Assembly: GCA_951406725.2 (NCBI GenBank)
Contig: OX597841.1
Coordinates: 8,246,001-8,310,000 of the forward strand
Direction: 5' to 3'
Length of the DNA: 64,000 bases
Origin: Octopus vulgaris
Taxonomy: Eukaryota
Part shown: positions 1 to 14,476 of the stretch, one piece after another
How positions within the stretch are numbered: position 1 is the first letter of the stretch
Layout of the letters: each line of letters opens with the position of its first letter
Position numbers and translations under genes: made by a program
The notes under the pieces: model-generated
Database searches by the model: none
Seen by the model: the letters and a program-made list of their open reading frames with translations, nothing else
What the model was told of the DNA's origin: nothing

Positions 1-311
1 TGTCATGATTCAAAACTAACACAGCGAAAATTTTGAAAAGTTCTCCCAGTTCTGAAAAAAAAAACCGATAAATTCGACATGGGGTTTAGAATCTAAGCTT
101 TTTATATGCAACACATTTTCTGTCTAGGGGACACAACTGGACAGCTAGGGACAGCTAGGAACATCGTATACACAGAAGTATTCGAGTGAAGAGAAGACAT
201 TGCAACCTACATATGCGCCTTCGTTCCCTAGAGGGAAAGGACTAGATTGGGATTAGTCGTTGCCTACTAGGGTCTCTTACATACCCGGGAAACGCCGGGC
301 TATGCTGCTAG
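1..311 (+). mobile_element. non-autonomous Helitron, internally deleted 3' part
   Basis: Shares blocks with 2600-3594; ends in hairpin CCCGG-AAACG-CCGGG followed by CTAG|T. Confidence 0.75.
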
Positions 312-686
312 TATATATACACACACACACACACAAACATATTTGCATATTTACATATATATGTATTTATGTGTATATGCAATATTTATTACACATACAT
401 TATAAACATATTCATTTAGTGTGTCTATTACCAGAATATGTATGCACATACATACGTATTTGGAGTGTATATATTTAGTGTGTACATGCGTGTGTGTGTG
501 TATACATGACAGACTTCTTTTAGTTTTCATCTGTCAACTCCACTCACAAGGCTTTGGTCAACCAGATGCTGTGCAGTGGGACTGAACCCAGGACCATGTG
601 GGTGGGAAGTGACCTTAACCACAAAGCCATGCCTCTGACTATAAACACACACACACAGAAAAGAGTATATGGAGAACAGTTCTTAC

Positions 687-752
687 CTTTTTGATAAGGT
701 TACGCGCTTCGTTTGTCAAATAGGGGGGAAAATTTAATTTACACTTTAATAT
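687..752 (-). CDS. RPS6KB1: p70 S6 kinase exon (C-lobe)
   Basis: 66-bp CAG/GTAAGA exon, ILKCKLNFPPYLTNEARNLIKK. Confidence 0.93.
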
Positions 753-2475
753 CTGGAGAGAAAAAGTTCAAAAGAGGCAGAGAGAAAATTAGATTTTTAT
801 TATTAATGAGTTTTAAACAGATAACAAAACATTAAATATGCAATATTATATTTTTAACTAGCAGTGGCTCATCGTATATACATATGTACACATCCTCTTT
901 CAGGCATAAACTACCCAGGCATGGTCGTCTGTGTGTGTGTGCCAAAATACATCCTCTTAACCTTTAGCCCACTAATTTGCCCATAGAATAGCTTCCTTTG
1001 CCCCCTGTATTATTTTGAGGGGAACAAAAGAAATGAACACCTATTATGAAATTCACAAAACTTTCATTGTAATGTGTGTACGGAACTGATTAAAAAAATA
1101 TTTTTTTTGTATACTAATAACGGAATGGATGAATGATATTTTTGTGTAATACATTAAGGCATGGACGAAGGAGTTGCTCCTCCGAAAAGTACCTCGTTGG
1201 GGCCAGTACTTTGCTTAAATCAGCCAGCCATAGATGACAGTAGCCACTCAGTACATCGTTCTCAATAGAACTGTAAACACAGTCTACATCCTCATCATCA
1301 CCTCAAATAATTTCACCCTTGATTTGGCCTCGGTTCTATCGAACTTTGTTTTTTCTCTTCCTGGATGAAGATGGCTTCTCCTGCATTTGAAGCTTCCTGA
1401 TTCTGAAGGATAGTCACATGACTGGTCTTGGAAACTTTTGTCGGTTCCCCCCCGCTACGTCCTTGTATTAGTATCAAGTGACAATGTTTAGTGTTGTAAG
1501 TTAAGGCTGACACGGTTGACTGAACAAGTCTAGTGGCACTACAAAACGATCAAGGCTCCACATGCTCTCGGTCAAGCGTTTGTAGAGAACGACCACGTGA
1601 TTAAGTTTAGAACCTTCCTATGTCCGTGTGTTAATGTCACATGGCTGTATATTTTGCCCCTAATATGATGGCCAACACCGCTGAAATCTACACCTTTTTC
1701 CCATTCTCTCTCTGTCTATTTTCTCTTACTCCTTTCTGTTGAAGAACATAGGATTGAAACACAAAAGACTTTTTCATTTTCCCCAACAACAAACTAATAC
1801 ATTTGCTTGTTGATCACACACCTGTCTTTGTCTTTCTACAAATTAAAACTCTCTATATGTATATATGGCTTCTAACCCACAGGCTGTGAGTTCACATCCC
1901 ACCAGGGATGATTTATTTTCAGTTGTCCAACCCATGCCAGCACGGACAATGGATGTTAAATGATGATGGCAATGTATGTGTGTAGAGACATGCTTGCATA
2001 TATGCATGCACAAGTGCTCCAACACTCACACACGCATGCACATAGAACATCACACACGTACACACACTTCATGCACAAACATGCTACTTGCACACAGCTG
2101 TTACACATATGCATTTGCACACACAAACACACATCTGGTAGCCTCACATACTATACACACCCTCCCACATACTCGTTTACTTATTATACACTCGCATACA
2201 TGCTCCCATACGCACACACAATCTCACATAATCTTAATCTTGCCTGCACACACATACACACACCCAGACTTGTGCCCCCTCCCCCCCCAGTTTGGGCAGG
2301 TCACTCTTATCTCCCTTTCCATTGGCCCCTTTCTTCTTGTCAGCTCAACATGGGAAACCGTTTTTGTAAATCTGGTACTTATTCTATTAGTCTCTTTTGT
2401 TGAATCACCAAGTTATGGGGATACGAACAAACAACACCAGGTGTTAAGCAGTGATGAAGGACAAACACACGCATG

Positions 2476-3594
2476 TCTCTCTATATATAAATGGCAGTTT
2501 GTCTGTCTGTGTGTCTGTCAGGTTGTACCCTCACCCTGACCACGGCTTTCAACCGATTCTGATGAAACTTGACACACATAGCCCATTGCCATAATTCAGA
2601 AGGCAGCGAAAATTTTTAAAAGTTCCCCCAGTTCTGAAGAAAATCGATAAATTCGACATGGGGTCGAGAATCTAAGCTTTTTATATGCAACACATTTTCT
2701 GTTGTAGTTTTCGCAACTTGCAATCGATTTTCACCAAACTCATGGTGAGCTTAATGTTACCCTAAGAAACTTAATTCTGACGTTAGTTTTCCATGCAATA
2801 CCTTACCATCAGAAAAAAATCGATAAAATCATGCCATTTTGGGAAATCGCGTTCAAATTCAAGATGACATATTTTCGACAATATCTTTCACAAATTGGCA
2901 GGAATTTTTTTTTAAATTCACAGTGAGCATCATGTCTGCTCCAAAGATCTATATGGCCCTTTTTATTCCAATAGGATACTTTATTACTGGAAAAAATTGG
3001 TTAATTAAATCAGATGTGGCGCACATAGCAAACCAATTTGTGTATTGAACACAAACCACAGACTGTCTAGGGGACGCAACTAGACCTTTTTAACTCTCGG
3101 AACATGTGGGGTAAGTATCCCAAAATGTATAAAAATGTACAAAACCGGCAAAAAAGGGGGCAGCAATGTGAGTGACAACAACGAAAAAGTCAAAAGGGAC
3201 CAAACTGAACAAACGAATGGAAAAGGTTTTTTGCTGCACACGACAAAAGCGGTCTATAATAAACCAAGAGTTTGCAAAAATTTAAGGTAAAACGTTTGGG
3301 GTGGTAGATATAAAGAAAGTTTAAGCAAAAACAGTATTCGAATAACTTGCAGCTGCAGCAGCTATTAGCAGAAGTGGCGGTGTTGGGGGTAAAGTCTTGA
3401 ATATAATTTCTTCCTGGTAGGAATTGGTTCGGTTGAATTATCGATAGCTGGTTGATAGTTATTTGGGAGTGAAGAGAAGACATTGCAACCTACACATGCG
3501 CCTTCCTTCCCTAGAGAGAAAGGACTAGATTGGGATTAGTCGTTGCCTACTAGGGGCTCTTACATACCCGGGCAACGCCGGGCTATGCTGCTAG
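2476..3594 (+). mobile_element. non-autonomous Helitron
   Basis: 5' TCTCTCTATATATAAA start, 3' hairpin CCCGGGCAACGCCGGG then CTAG|T. Confidence 0.8.
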
Positions 3595-3817
3595 TATACT
3601 ATAAATGCATCACAACACATTTTTCTCCCTCTCCATTTTCCAAGCTGGTTTGGGTTGGACAGCTTAAAAGGAACTGGCAGGGTCAAGAGCCCTACTGGGT
3701 ACCCTGATCAGTTTTGGCTTGGTTTCGACAGCTCGATGCTCTTCCGAGCGCCAACCACTTTACAGAGTGTATTGGGTGCTTTACACATGACACCAGCACC
3801 CAGACCAACATATTTCA

Positions 3818-3869
<52 letters not shown>

Positions 3870-3874
<5 letters not shown>

Positions 3875-4650
3875 TCATCATCATTTAACATCTGCTTTCC
3901 ATTCTGGCATGGGTTGGATAGTTTGACTGAGGACTGCCAAGCCAGAAGGATGTACCAGGCTCCAATCTGGACTGGCAAAGTTTCTACAGCTTGATGCCCT
4001 TCCTAATGCCAACCACTCCAAGAGTGTAGGGGGTGCTTTTTACATACCACTGGCAGGAGGACCCATCAGGCGATACTGGCATTAATCACACTTGAATGGT
4101 GCTTTTCTGTGCCACCAGCATGGGAGCCAGTCAGGCGGCACTGGCAATGACCAAGCTCAAATGGTGCTTTTTATGTGCCACCAGCACGGGACCAGTTAGG
4201 TGGCACTGGCATCAGCCACGACAATGACAATAAAAAGAAGTGCTGATCACTTAAAGTGGAAGGAAATTGTGGAAGTGAGAAACCGAGGAAGACATGGGGG
4301 CAAAGTACTGAAAACTGATCTCAAAATGCTGGGCCTTACAAAGAAGATGAAAGGGGACTGAGATATGTGATGCATTGCTGTTCTCAAGAAGACCTGCCCA
4401 CCACAACAGAACCGAGATCCGAAAACCAAGGCAGCACATAAAAAGCACTGGTGCTGGGGCCATGAAAAAAGCACCTGGTACACACTGTAAATTGGTTGGT
4501 GTTATGAAGGGGATCCAGCTGTAGAAATTAGGCCAAAACAGAGCATGGGTCCTTGTGCAGACCTGAGCCTTGCCAGCTCCTGTCAAACCATCCAACCCAT
4601 GCCAGCATGGAAAGCACATTAAAAGATGATGATGATGGTGATGATGATAA
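3870..4650. mobile_element. two RTE-LINE 3' fragments in opposite orientation with (GAT)n tails
   Basis: ccatccaacccatgccagcatggaa...gatgatgat tail, recurring many times in the window; 4240-4400 resembles the C-terminal coding part of the RTE at 41-43 kb. Confidence 0.65.
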
Positions 4651-5290
4651 ACTTGCTTTTCTTAGAATATTATATTTCCTCTTAGAAATATATATCTGGA
4701 GATATTTTCTGAGATCACTTTGAATTTAATCAATTTTGGGTCATCATCATCATCATCGTTTAACGTCTTCCTTCCTTGCTGGCATGGGTTGGACAATTAG
4801 ACAAGAGCCGGCCAAGCAGGAGCCCACACCAGACTTGTGTGTGTTTTGGCAGGGCTTTTATGGCTGGATGCCCTTCCTAAAACCAACCACCCCATGGAGT
4901 GGACTGCATGCTTTTTACGTGGCACAAACACAAACGTGGTCGGTTTGACATGCCTTTTACAGCCGGACGCCCTTCCAAATGCCAAACACTTAACAGTGTG
5001 GACTGGATGCTTTTTAAGTAGCACCAGCACTCTGGGACAACCTTGATAACATTGTCTTAAGATGCATATTTTCAGATGTATTGATTTGAATAATATTTTC
5101 TACAACAGAAATGATCGGCGGCATTGTAGAGTGAAATTCTACAATTAAAGCTGTGATTTTCTCCGTTCTTATTTTTGTTATATACGTATATATTTAAATG
5201 CATACTTCCATACCCATATTTACATATATGCATCCATACATCCCTACACCCACGTGTATCTCCACCCCGATCAGGCTATTCGAATACTTA

Positions 5291-5413
<123 letters not shown>

Positions 5414-6076
5414 TTAGGCAACCTGACAGCAATGCTGGCTTCTCAGCAAAACTGAAACGGTCACAAAAACAGAATTAACACAGAAAGAAAAAAAAAACAA
5501 AAACCAAAATAAAATACATGAAAATTATGATCACCAAACCATGCAGACATGGCTCTGCGGTAAGAAGCTTGCTTCCCAACCACATGGTTGCAGGTTCAGT
5601 CCCACCTTCAACAAGTGTCTTCTGCTATAGCCTCAGGCCAGCCTTCAGGGTGGATTTGGTGGAAAGAAACTGAAAGAAGCCTGTCACACACACACAGATC
5701 ATCATCATTTAGTGTCCATTCTCCATGCTGGCATGGTTGGACCAAGGCTGGTAAGCTGAGAGGCTACACCAGAAATCAGACTGGAATCTGGCACAGCCCC
5801 TCAGCTTACCAGCCCTAGTCCAGCCCATTCCAGCATGGACAACGGACAAATATTTATATATGTATGTATATGTCTGTGAATTTACGTTGCCCCTCCCACC
5901 GACCTAGTGGTTCACCAAAAGAAACTGATAGAATAAGTCCCAGTCTCTCCCCTCCCTCACCACCAAAATGTACTGGGGTTAATTCATTGCAATAAAAGTC
6001 CTTTTGCTCTTCAAACCATCCAACCCATGCCAGCATTGACAACAGATGTTAAATGATGATGATGATTATTATTGGT

Positions 6077-6780
6077 AAGGTGCCAACATGCCAGAATTGT
6101 TCGCAAGCCAGGAAATAGATTTTAGCGACATTTTTCTCCATCTCAATTCCGATCCCGCCATGGTCAACTTTGCCTTTCATCCTTTCAGAGTCGATAAAAT
6201 AAGGACCAATCAAGCATTAGGGGTTGGTGTAATTGACTAGTCCCCTTCCTCAAAATTCCAGGCCTTGTACAAAGGTATGAAAATAGAAAGGATTATTATT
6301 ATTATTATTATTATTTAGGCACCAAGCTGGCAGAATCGTTAGGACGCTGGGCAAAATACTTAGTGGCATTTCGTCTGCCGCTATGTTCTGAGTTCAAATT
6401 CTGTCGAGGTCGACTTTGCTTTTCATCCTTTCGGGGTCAATAAATTAAGTACCAGTCAAGTACTGGGATCAACATCACTGACTATCCCCCCCACAAATTC
6501 CAGGCCTTGTGCCTATAGTAAAAAGGGATTATTCTTATTATTAATATTTTGGTGAGCTGGCAGAGTTGTTAGCACGCTGGGCAAAATGCTTAACAGTGTT
6601 TCATCTGTCTTCACATTCTGAGTTCAAATTCTGCCAAGATTGATTTTGACTTTCATCCTTTCATAAAGTTGATAAATTAAGTACCAGTTGTGTACTGGGG
6701 TTAATCTAATCGACTGACCCCCTCCCCCAAAATTTCAGGCATTGTGCCTTTAGTAGAAAGGATTATTATTATTATTATTA
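6077..6780 (+). repeat. three head-to-tail ~215-bp SINE copies separated by (TTA)n
   Basis: Repeated unit gagctggcagaatcgttag...gagttcaaattc (B-box-like)...tttcatcctttcggggtc...ggccttgtgcc. Confidence 0.8.
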
Positions 6781-7301
6781 GGTAATTTTGTTCAAATCTG
6801 TTATTGTACAGGGTAGACTAAAAGTCTTGTCACTACCCGTGTTAGTTTAAGTTTCTCTAATGAAGGAGAGAGTTTCACGGGAGCGATACCAGAATACCCA
6901 ACAGCTGAAGGACACTGTTTTGGCAGCGTTTGCAACAATCACCACAGCTTCATAAAGTATCACACAGGACATAGCACCACATCATTTTGTGAAACTGGTG
7001 CTCATACAGACCTTCTCGATGTGTGACAGTGTCAATCAAAGTGAATACACTAAAAGCAGTACATGTGTTTGGCATTTGGCCCTCTATTGTTCTTATTAGT
7101 TTTCAGTTGGGGCTAACAAGACTTTACGACCCCCTGTATATGTAGACATGGCTGTGTGGTAAGAAGTGTATTAATTGGGTCTAACATTCTCAGTTGTTAG
7201 GAATACATCTCCTGACCCTTGCCAAGGGCCTTTAAATGGAGTCCATTCTCTCTTATAACCATCGAGGTCAGATTTCTCCAGGGGTCAAGATAACCTTCCT
7301 A

Positions 7302-7757
<456 letters not shown>

Positions 7758-8416
7758 TCAAGGCAGTGCCCCAGCATGGTCACAATCTAATAACAAGTAA
7801 AAGATAAAAGATATGTATGTGTGTGTTTAGTATTTTGCTGAATCAGTCCTAGATTTATACAGTCAACATTACATACTGATGGTCGGGATTTAGTGAAACC
7901 ATCCAGCAATGGGGTAGTTGCCACTGATGAGCTTCTAACTCCAAGTGAAACGAAACTAGTCGACTGATCTCATTAGCTGTAAAACGGTTATCTCCCTTGT
8001 CAGTCTACGAAAAGGTGCTTCCTGGCAACTCTAAGGGATTTTTTAAATATTTAACTCTTATTTCTAGCAATTTAGGAGCTACCTTTCACTCTCAGTCACA
8101 ATTGGTGACAATTCACTCTTTCCTTTTGGTTTTATATTGTGCATAGCCACCTGAGTCATGCAGTTGATTTGTTCGGCTAAAGGCGGTGCTCCAGCACGGC
8201 CACAGTCAAATGACTGAAACAAGTAAAAAGATATATATGTGTGGTGTATATGTATGTATGTGTGTATATAGAAAGAGATATGTAGATATATATGCAAACA
8301 TTAAACGATGATGATGATGTATATGTGTATGCACCTCTCACCACCTATAAGCATATATATATATGTATATATATATATATGGCGGGAGTGGATGTATGCA
8401 TGCATGTGTATACTCA

Positions 8417-8551
<135 letters not shown>

Positions 8552-9201
8552 CTACAAAAGAGACAAAAAGATACACAAACGACACACGAGTGAAGTGACA
8601 TGTGGTAGACATGGGGCAGATCTACTGAGGTGTTTATACACACATACATGTGTGCCAACATGTTTACATACATATCATAGACACAAGCCTGGCTGTGTGT
8701 TAAGAAGGATGGTTCTGGGTTCAATCACAGAACTATGTTGTAGACAGGAACTGAAAGAAAACTACTGTGTGTGTGTGTGTGTTTATGTGTGTGCTTGTAT
8801 GTATAGATGTGTGTGTGTGTATTATACATATATATATACATATATATATATTATTTTTATTGTATTTATATTTGTGTAACATTGTCTGTTTTTCCATCCT
8901 TGTTTTTGTATACATTCGATGCTTTCTTCCAAGGAATCTAATGCTCTTAGCTTAGTGTTTCCTTGGGGCTGGCCAGATTGAAGCAATCTCAAGATTAACC
9001 AGCTGAAATTGTGAGGATGATCCGGTTCTTGACTGAGGATAAAAAGCTTCGAATGACCCATCCTTATTTATTTGTATTGTCTATCTGGATGTTTTGTTGT
9101 CCCTTTTTGTATCACCTAGTCGTCCAGATGTTTTGCATTCTTGTCCCATTTTGTATTTATATATATATATATATATATATATAGCGTGTACGTACACTTT
9201 G

Positions 9202-9244
<43 letters not shown>

Positions 9245-9245
9245 C

Positions 9246-9282
<37 letters not shown>

Positions 9283-9286
<4 letters not shown>

Positions 9287-9497
9287 GGTGCGACAAAAGT
9301 AACACCCTTTTGAATTTAATAATTTCTATAGTTTATGAAAGTAATTTTCTATCGAACACAAATTTATTAAACTACTTAAAGAAATGGATAATAGACTAAT
9401 GAAAAAAATTGCAGAAGTTTTAGGAAACAAGAAAGAAACTCAATTAGAAAGTAGAAAAGTCAAATACAAAAGGGTGTCACTTCTGCCACAGTCTGTA
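9283..9497. mobile_element. Tc1/mariner-type MITE
   Basis: Imperfect terminal inverted repeats gggtgcgacaaaagtaacaccctttt / aaaagggtgtcacttctgccacagtc, flanked by TA. Confidence 0.6.
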
Positions 9498-10063
9498 TAT
9501 ACGTATATAAATATCAAAAGTGTGTGTGGAAGAGTGAGAGATGGTTAAAGACAGGGAACAGTTGAGGAGGTGAATGTAATGAACAAATACTGAGGGAAGA
9601 TAAGTAGGGGAAACAGGTGAAGAGTAGGGGACAACTGTAGAGATTGGGTATGGTTGAGGATTGGATATAGTGAATGGTGGATAAGGGGTAGGCTGAATAA
9701 TGATATGTGTGAGTTAGGGGAGAGTAGGAGATGACTGACAGTGCAGAAAATGAGGGGTGAAGAACAGCTGAATGGTAACAGTGATACATTAGTCAGAGGA
9801 AGGATTAGAGAAAGGCAGAGAGAAACTATGTCTGTTTGGGTAGGTTGCATAACTGTGGGGCAAGAGGCAAGCATTGTGAATGGAGAGAGTGAGAAGTGTA
9901 TGATGGTAGAGAAGGGGAGATAATTTAGTGGCTCATATGGACGATCAGTGTAACATGCAAGGGGAGAGGAGAGTATTAGGAATGACGGATGGATAACAAG
10001 TGAAGCGGTGAGAAAGAAGAGTAGTATGAGGAAAGAGAAAGAGGTAAAGAATAACAAGCGTAC

Positions 10064-10135
10064 CTTGACAGCTTCCAGTATGTTTCTTTCTGCTCTTGTG
10101 TGAGCAGTGTCCTTTGCATTTCTTGCTATTGTGGC
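10064..10135 (-). CDS. RPS6KB1: p70 S6 kinase exon (helix C)
   Basis: 72-bp exon ATIARNAKDTAHTRAERNILEAVK with CAG/GTAC boundaries. Confidence 0.95.
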
Positions 10136-10319
10136 CTGGAGAAATATATAGAATAATATGGGCATTAAACACAACGCCTCTGTTGAATTTGTTGACCAAA
10201 AGGTAGGAGCTTTTATTGTCCATTCCTCTGATCCCTATCCGAAAGGCAGGACAAATTTAATGGAAGGAAAAATTTAGTTATAAGATGAGTGAAAAAATAT
10301 AAGCTCCTGCCACTGGTTT

Positions 10320-10531
10320 ATAGGGTCCCTATTTTAAAAGACAGTAGGGAGTTTATTAAGAGGTGATTTAGTTGTTACATTGAGTAAGGGTCAAGCAATT
10401 ACATAGAAGCTCCCTCACTGGTTCATATGGTCCTTATTTTAAAGATAGGAGGGAATTTGCTGAGGGAGAGGTTTGGTTGTTACATTGCGTAAGGGTCAAG
10501 CGATTACATAGAAGCTCCCTCACTGGTTCAT
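10320..10531. repeat. two-copy ~107-bp tandem repeat
   Basis: gttgttacattg.gtaagggtcaagc.attacatagaagctccctcactggttcat occurs twice in tandem. Confidence 0.75.
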
Positions 10532-10621
10532 GTAAGTGCGGAAACATTCATGATGCTGACAATAATGAAAATGGTTTCCCAAAAGAAAAGATGAAAGAAA
10601 GAAGCAGTGACCACTACAAAC

Positions 10622-10690
10622 CTTTTTAAGGACCTTCATTGCAAAGATCTGACTTTTGTCATCTCCCGACACTTTACGCACTTGGAAAAC
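10622..10690 (-). CDS. RPS6KB1: p70 S6 kinase exon (ATP-binding Lys)
   Basis: 69-bp CAG/GT exon, VFQVRKVSGDDKSQIFAMKVLKK, in phase with its neighbours. Confidence 0.95.
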
Positions 10691-10949
10691 CTGTTAACAG
10701 AAACGACAAAAAGAATTTCTATTTATTATTGTTGTTGTTGTTGTTTAAGGCAGTGGGCTGGCAGAATGGTCAGCACACTGGACAAAGTACTTAGCGGCAT
10801 TTCATGCGTCTTTATGACCTGAGTTCAAATTCTGAGTCACCTTTGCCTTTCATCCTTTTGGGGGTCGACTAGGCTCCTCCAATAGAAAGAATTATTATCA
10901 TTCTTCAGGAATATTATTTTTATTGCAAGCTTTCACTGCCCTACTGAGT

Positions 10950-11310
10950 ACAGCTCTATGTGCCTTGGACAGGGATAGTGCCATGGTTTCCTTTGGGTTT
11001 TTTCCACTCTATTGAAAGTACCCCACATACCTGCTGTCAGTGTTATTTTCTTTATGTTATATTCTTAGATTGTGAGGTGGCGCCAATGCATTTGTCTGCA
11101 CAGTCTTTGATTATTCTCATCTCTTATGATATTGACTGTTTCTGCTTTCATTCCTAACATTCTGGTTGTCTCTATTTGCAGATCTTTATATTTTGATCAT
11201 TTTTCTAGCTCTTTTAAACATGTACATTATCATCTGCTTGGACTGATATTTCTATTAGGGGACACTTTCTTTCCTGGTAGTCCTCAATAACCGTCATGCA
11301 TTGAAATCGA
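10950..11310 (-). mobile_element. decayed R4/Dong-like non-LTR retrotransposon 3' end
   Basis: Fragmented translation with CPLIEISVQADDNV and KYKDLQIETTRMLGMKAETV, resembling a restriction-like endonuclease C-terminus. Confidence 0.6.
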
Positions 11311-12028
11311 TGGGGGCGACCATCATTAACATTGAAAGAGGAGATTTTTTTTTCTTATTCCTTAACCATTTAGCATTCCGATTACTCTGTTGAATGTAAT
11401 GCTCATTTACTCACAGAAGAAGGGCTGAGACCAATCCCTTTGGTAGCGTAAAGCACTTGTGGCATTGCCACGTAAAAGCACCCGTGTGGTGCCACACAAA
11501 AGTGCCACGTGAAAGCACGCAGGACAGTCTGTAAAGTGGTTGATGTTAGGGAAGGGGCATCCGGCTGTAGAAACCATGCTAAGCCAGACTGGGGGCTGGT
11601 GCAGCTCCCCAGCTTGCCAGCTCTGGTCACAATGTCCGACCCAAGCCAGCAGGGACAACAGATGTTAAGTGATAATGACGATGATGATGATGTTTTTAGT
11701 TAACCATACATCATCTCATGGCTTCGAGATTTTGATGGGATTGTTTGTTTTTAGAACGACATTGTAGGGTAGGTGAGAGAGGCCCGATCCGGTCAGTTGG
11801 AACATAAAACAGATGATGACCAGCTTAAATGCTAAAGGGTAAATGTCTTTCCTCCTTCCACCGCGGAGTGGGGAGAGAGAGAGAGAGGGGGAAAGAGAGA
11901 AAGAAAGAGGGAATGGCATCGGTCAGTACTCTTTATTCTATTCTCTTCCGTGTGAGCAGAGTTCAAACCCTGGTCTAGACTACACTGCACCCATGTCCTC
12001 CAAGTTGGATATGGGAGATATCACTTAC

Positions 12029-12146
12029 CTTTCCATAACCTCCTTTGCCAAGAACTCGTAGAAGCTGGAAGTCTTGTGGACCAACTTTGTGCTGACCGGG
12101 ATTGACCGTCTCATCAGACAATTCTACAGTCTCCATATCACCATTC
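12029..12146 (-). CDS. RPS6KB1: p70 S6 kinase exon (N-terminal linker and Gly-rich loop)
   Basis: AG/GTAAG-bounded 118-bp exon translating NGDMETVELSDETVNPGQHKVGPQDFQLLRVLGKGGYGK, matching the S6K motif FELLRVLGKGGYGK. Confidence 0.95.
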
Positions 12147-12936
12147 CTAAAATAATAATAATAATAACAACAATGATGATGATGATGATGATGATTTTAA
12201 ATTTTGGCACAAGGCCAGCAATTTCGGGGGAGGGAGTAAATTGATTATATCAGTCCTAGTGTACAACTGGTCCTTGGTGGAATTTGAACTCAGATTGTCA
12301 AAACGGATGATTAGCTGCTAAGTATTTCCCCTGGCATACTAACGATGCTTCCAGCTTCCTGCCTTAATAGTAATAATCCTGAACTCTTCTGTCAAAGACA
12401 ATGCACGAGCGTTCAGCTTTTGCTGAAGGACCTGCACAAATGGTTTGTTTACGATGATTGAAGGTTCATTCTGTACGTTAGCTCACTCGTTCCACCAAAT
12501 TGATATTTACCTGGACAGGTACACTGTGTGCCATGCGTCAGGTGTGTTGAAGTGATTACAGTGCAATGCGAGCTGAGGTGTTTCGCTCAAGAACACAAGG
12601 CACCACCAGATCTAGGAACTGAAACAACAACATTGCAATCCCGAGTGCAACACCCTCACCACCGGGCCATGCGGCCTCACCTGAACTAACAACAACAACA
12701 ACAACAACAATAATAATAATCCTTTCTACTGAAGGCACAAGGCCTGAAATTTGGGGGGAGGGGACAAGTCAATGACATTGACTTCAGTATTTCACTGGTA
12801 CTTAATCTATCGACCCTGAAAGGATGGAAAGCAAAGTCAACCTCAGCGGGATTTGAACTCAGAAAGCAGCAAGAGGCGAAATACCACTAGGCATTTTGTC
12901 CAATATGCTAATGATTTTGCCAGCTCAACACCTTAA

Positions 12937-13360
12937 TCATCATCATCATCATCGTTTAACGTCCGTTCTCCATGCTAGCTTGGGTTGGACGGTTCGACCG
13001 GGGATCTGGGAAGCCAGAAGGCTGCACCAGGCTCCAGACTTATCTGGCAATGTTTCTACAGCTGGATGCCCTTCCTAACGCCAACAACTCCGAGAGTGTA
13101 GTGGGTGCTTTTTACGTGCCACCTGCACTGGTGCCCAGGCGAGGCTGGCATCGGCCACGGTCGGATTGGTGCATTTTACGTGCCACCAGCACGGAAGCCA
13201 GTCGACGCGACACTGGCTTCGGCCACTATTCGGATGATGCTTTTTACGTGCCACCGACACGGAAACCAGTCGAGGCGGCACTGGCTTCGGCCACGATTCG
13301 GATGGTGCTTCTTACGTGCCACCGACACGGAAGCCAGTCGAGGTGGCGCTGGCATCGGCC
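12937..13360 (-). mobile_element. RTE 3'UTR fragment with four ~64-68-bp internal tandem units
   Basis: (ATC)n tail; ttacgtgccacc recurs near 13114, 13178, 13246 and 13314. Confidence 0.7.
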
Positions 13361-13749
13361 AATAATAATAATCCTTTCTACTGAAGGCACAAGGCCTAAA
13401 ATTTAGGGGAAGGAGATAAATCAACCCCAGTATGCAACTGGTACTTAATTTATTGCCCCACCCCTAAAAAAAAAATAAAAGGCAAAGTTGACCTTGGTGG
13501 AATTTGAACTCAGAACACAAAAACACTGCCTTGATGATGATGATGATGACTCCTTTTCTTGACAAGGAAGACTCGAGACATTGAAGACAATAGAAAGGAG
13601 GAAATATAAAATGCAAATAAAGTGAACAAAAATATAAGATGTCGCATTAAAAGAGATGGAAATATAAAGTTATGAGAGATGAGATATAACGTTGTGTGGA
13701 AAGATATGATGCAACATAATAAAAGTTTCAACAAGGAAAATACTTCATT

Positions 13750-14476
13750 TTGGGAAGGATGGAGAAAGTGCAGAGAGCTTTTGTCTCCATTGGCAACCAA
13801 AGATTTCTCTGCCTGAGTGAAGGGAAGATTGTATGATGCAGGTGTACGAACTGTGATGCTGCATGGTAGAGAGATGAAGGGCCTGAATGTGGAGGGCATA
13901 CAAGGGCTGGAGAAGAACAAAGCTGGTATGCTCCACTGGATGTGTGATGTCAGTGTGTATGTGCAACAGAGCACTGGTGCATTGGGAGAGAAGTTGGGGC
14001 ATGAGAGGAATTAGATGCAGTGTGCAGGGGGTGGGGGGAGACTGCGCTGGTTTGGTCAAGGGGATGCGGATGGATGAGGACGGTTGCTGCATAAAGAAGC
14101 ACTGATCACTTAAAGTGGAAGGAAGTTGTGGAAGAGGAAGACCCAGGAAGACCCGGGATGGAGTATTGGAGGATGATCTCAAAATGCTGAGCCTTACAAA
14201 GGTGACAGAGGACCGAGATATGTGGCCCACCACAACAGAACTGTAATCCTAAAACCAAGGTGCCACATGAAAAGCATTAGTGTGGGTGATGGTGCCATGT
14301 AAGAGGCACCCAGAAGATTCTGTCGAGTGGTTGGCATCATGAAGGGCATCAAGCCATAGAAACCATGCCAAAGCAGATTATGAGACCTGGTGCAGCCCCT
14401 AGCCTTGCCAGTACCAGCAAAGCCATCCAACCCATGCCAGCATAGAAAACAGATGTTAAATGATGATGATGATGAT
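13750..14476 (+). mobile_element. degenerate RTE LINE 3' fragment
   Basis: KGRLYDAGVRTVMLHG and LKVEGSCGRGRPRK resemble 41197-41700; ends in (GAT)n. Confidence 0.75.

Noticed and set aside
7915-7970. ctgatga-gctt...aagt-gaaac hammerhead-like motif
   Set aside because: Stem I does not pair convincingly; at best a decayed relic.
13095-13360. Regular ~68-bp repeats resembling a CRISPR array
   Set aside because: Whole units repeat with no unique spacers; this is a minisatellite inside an RTE 3'UTR in a eukaryote.
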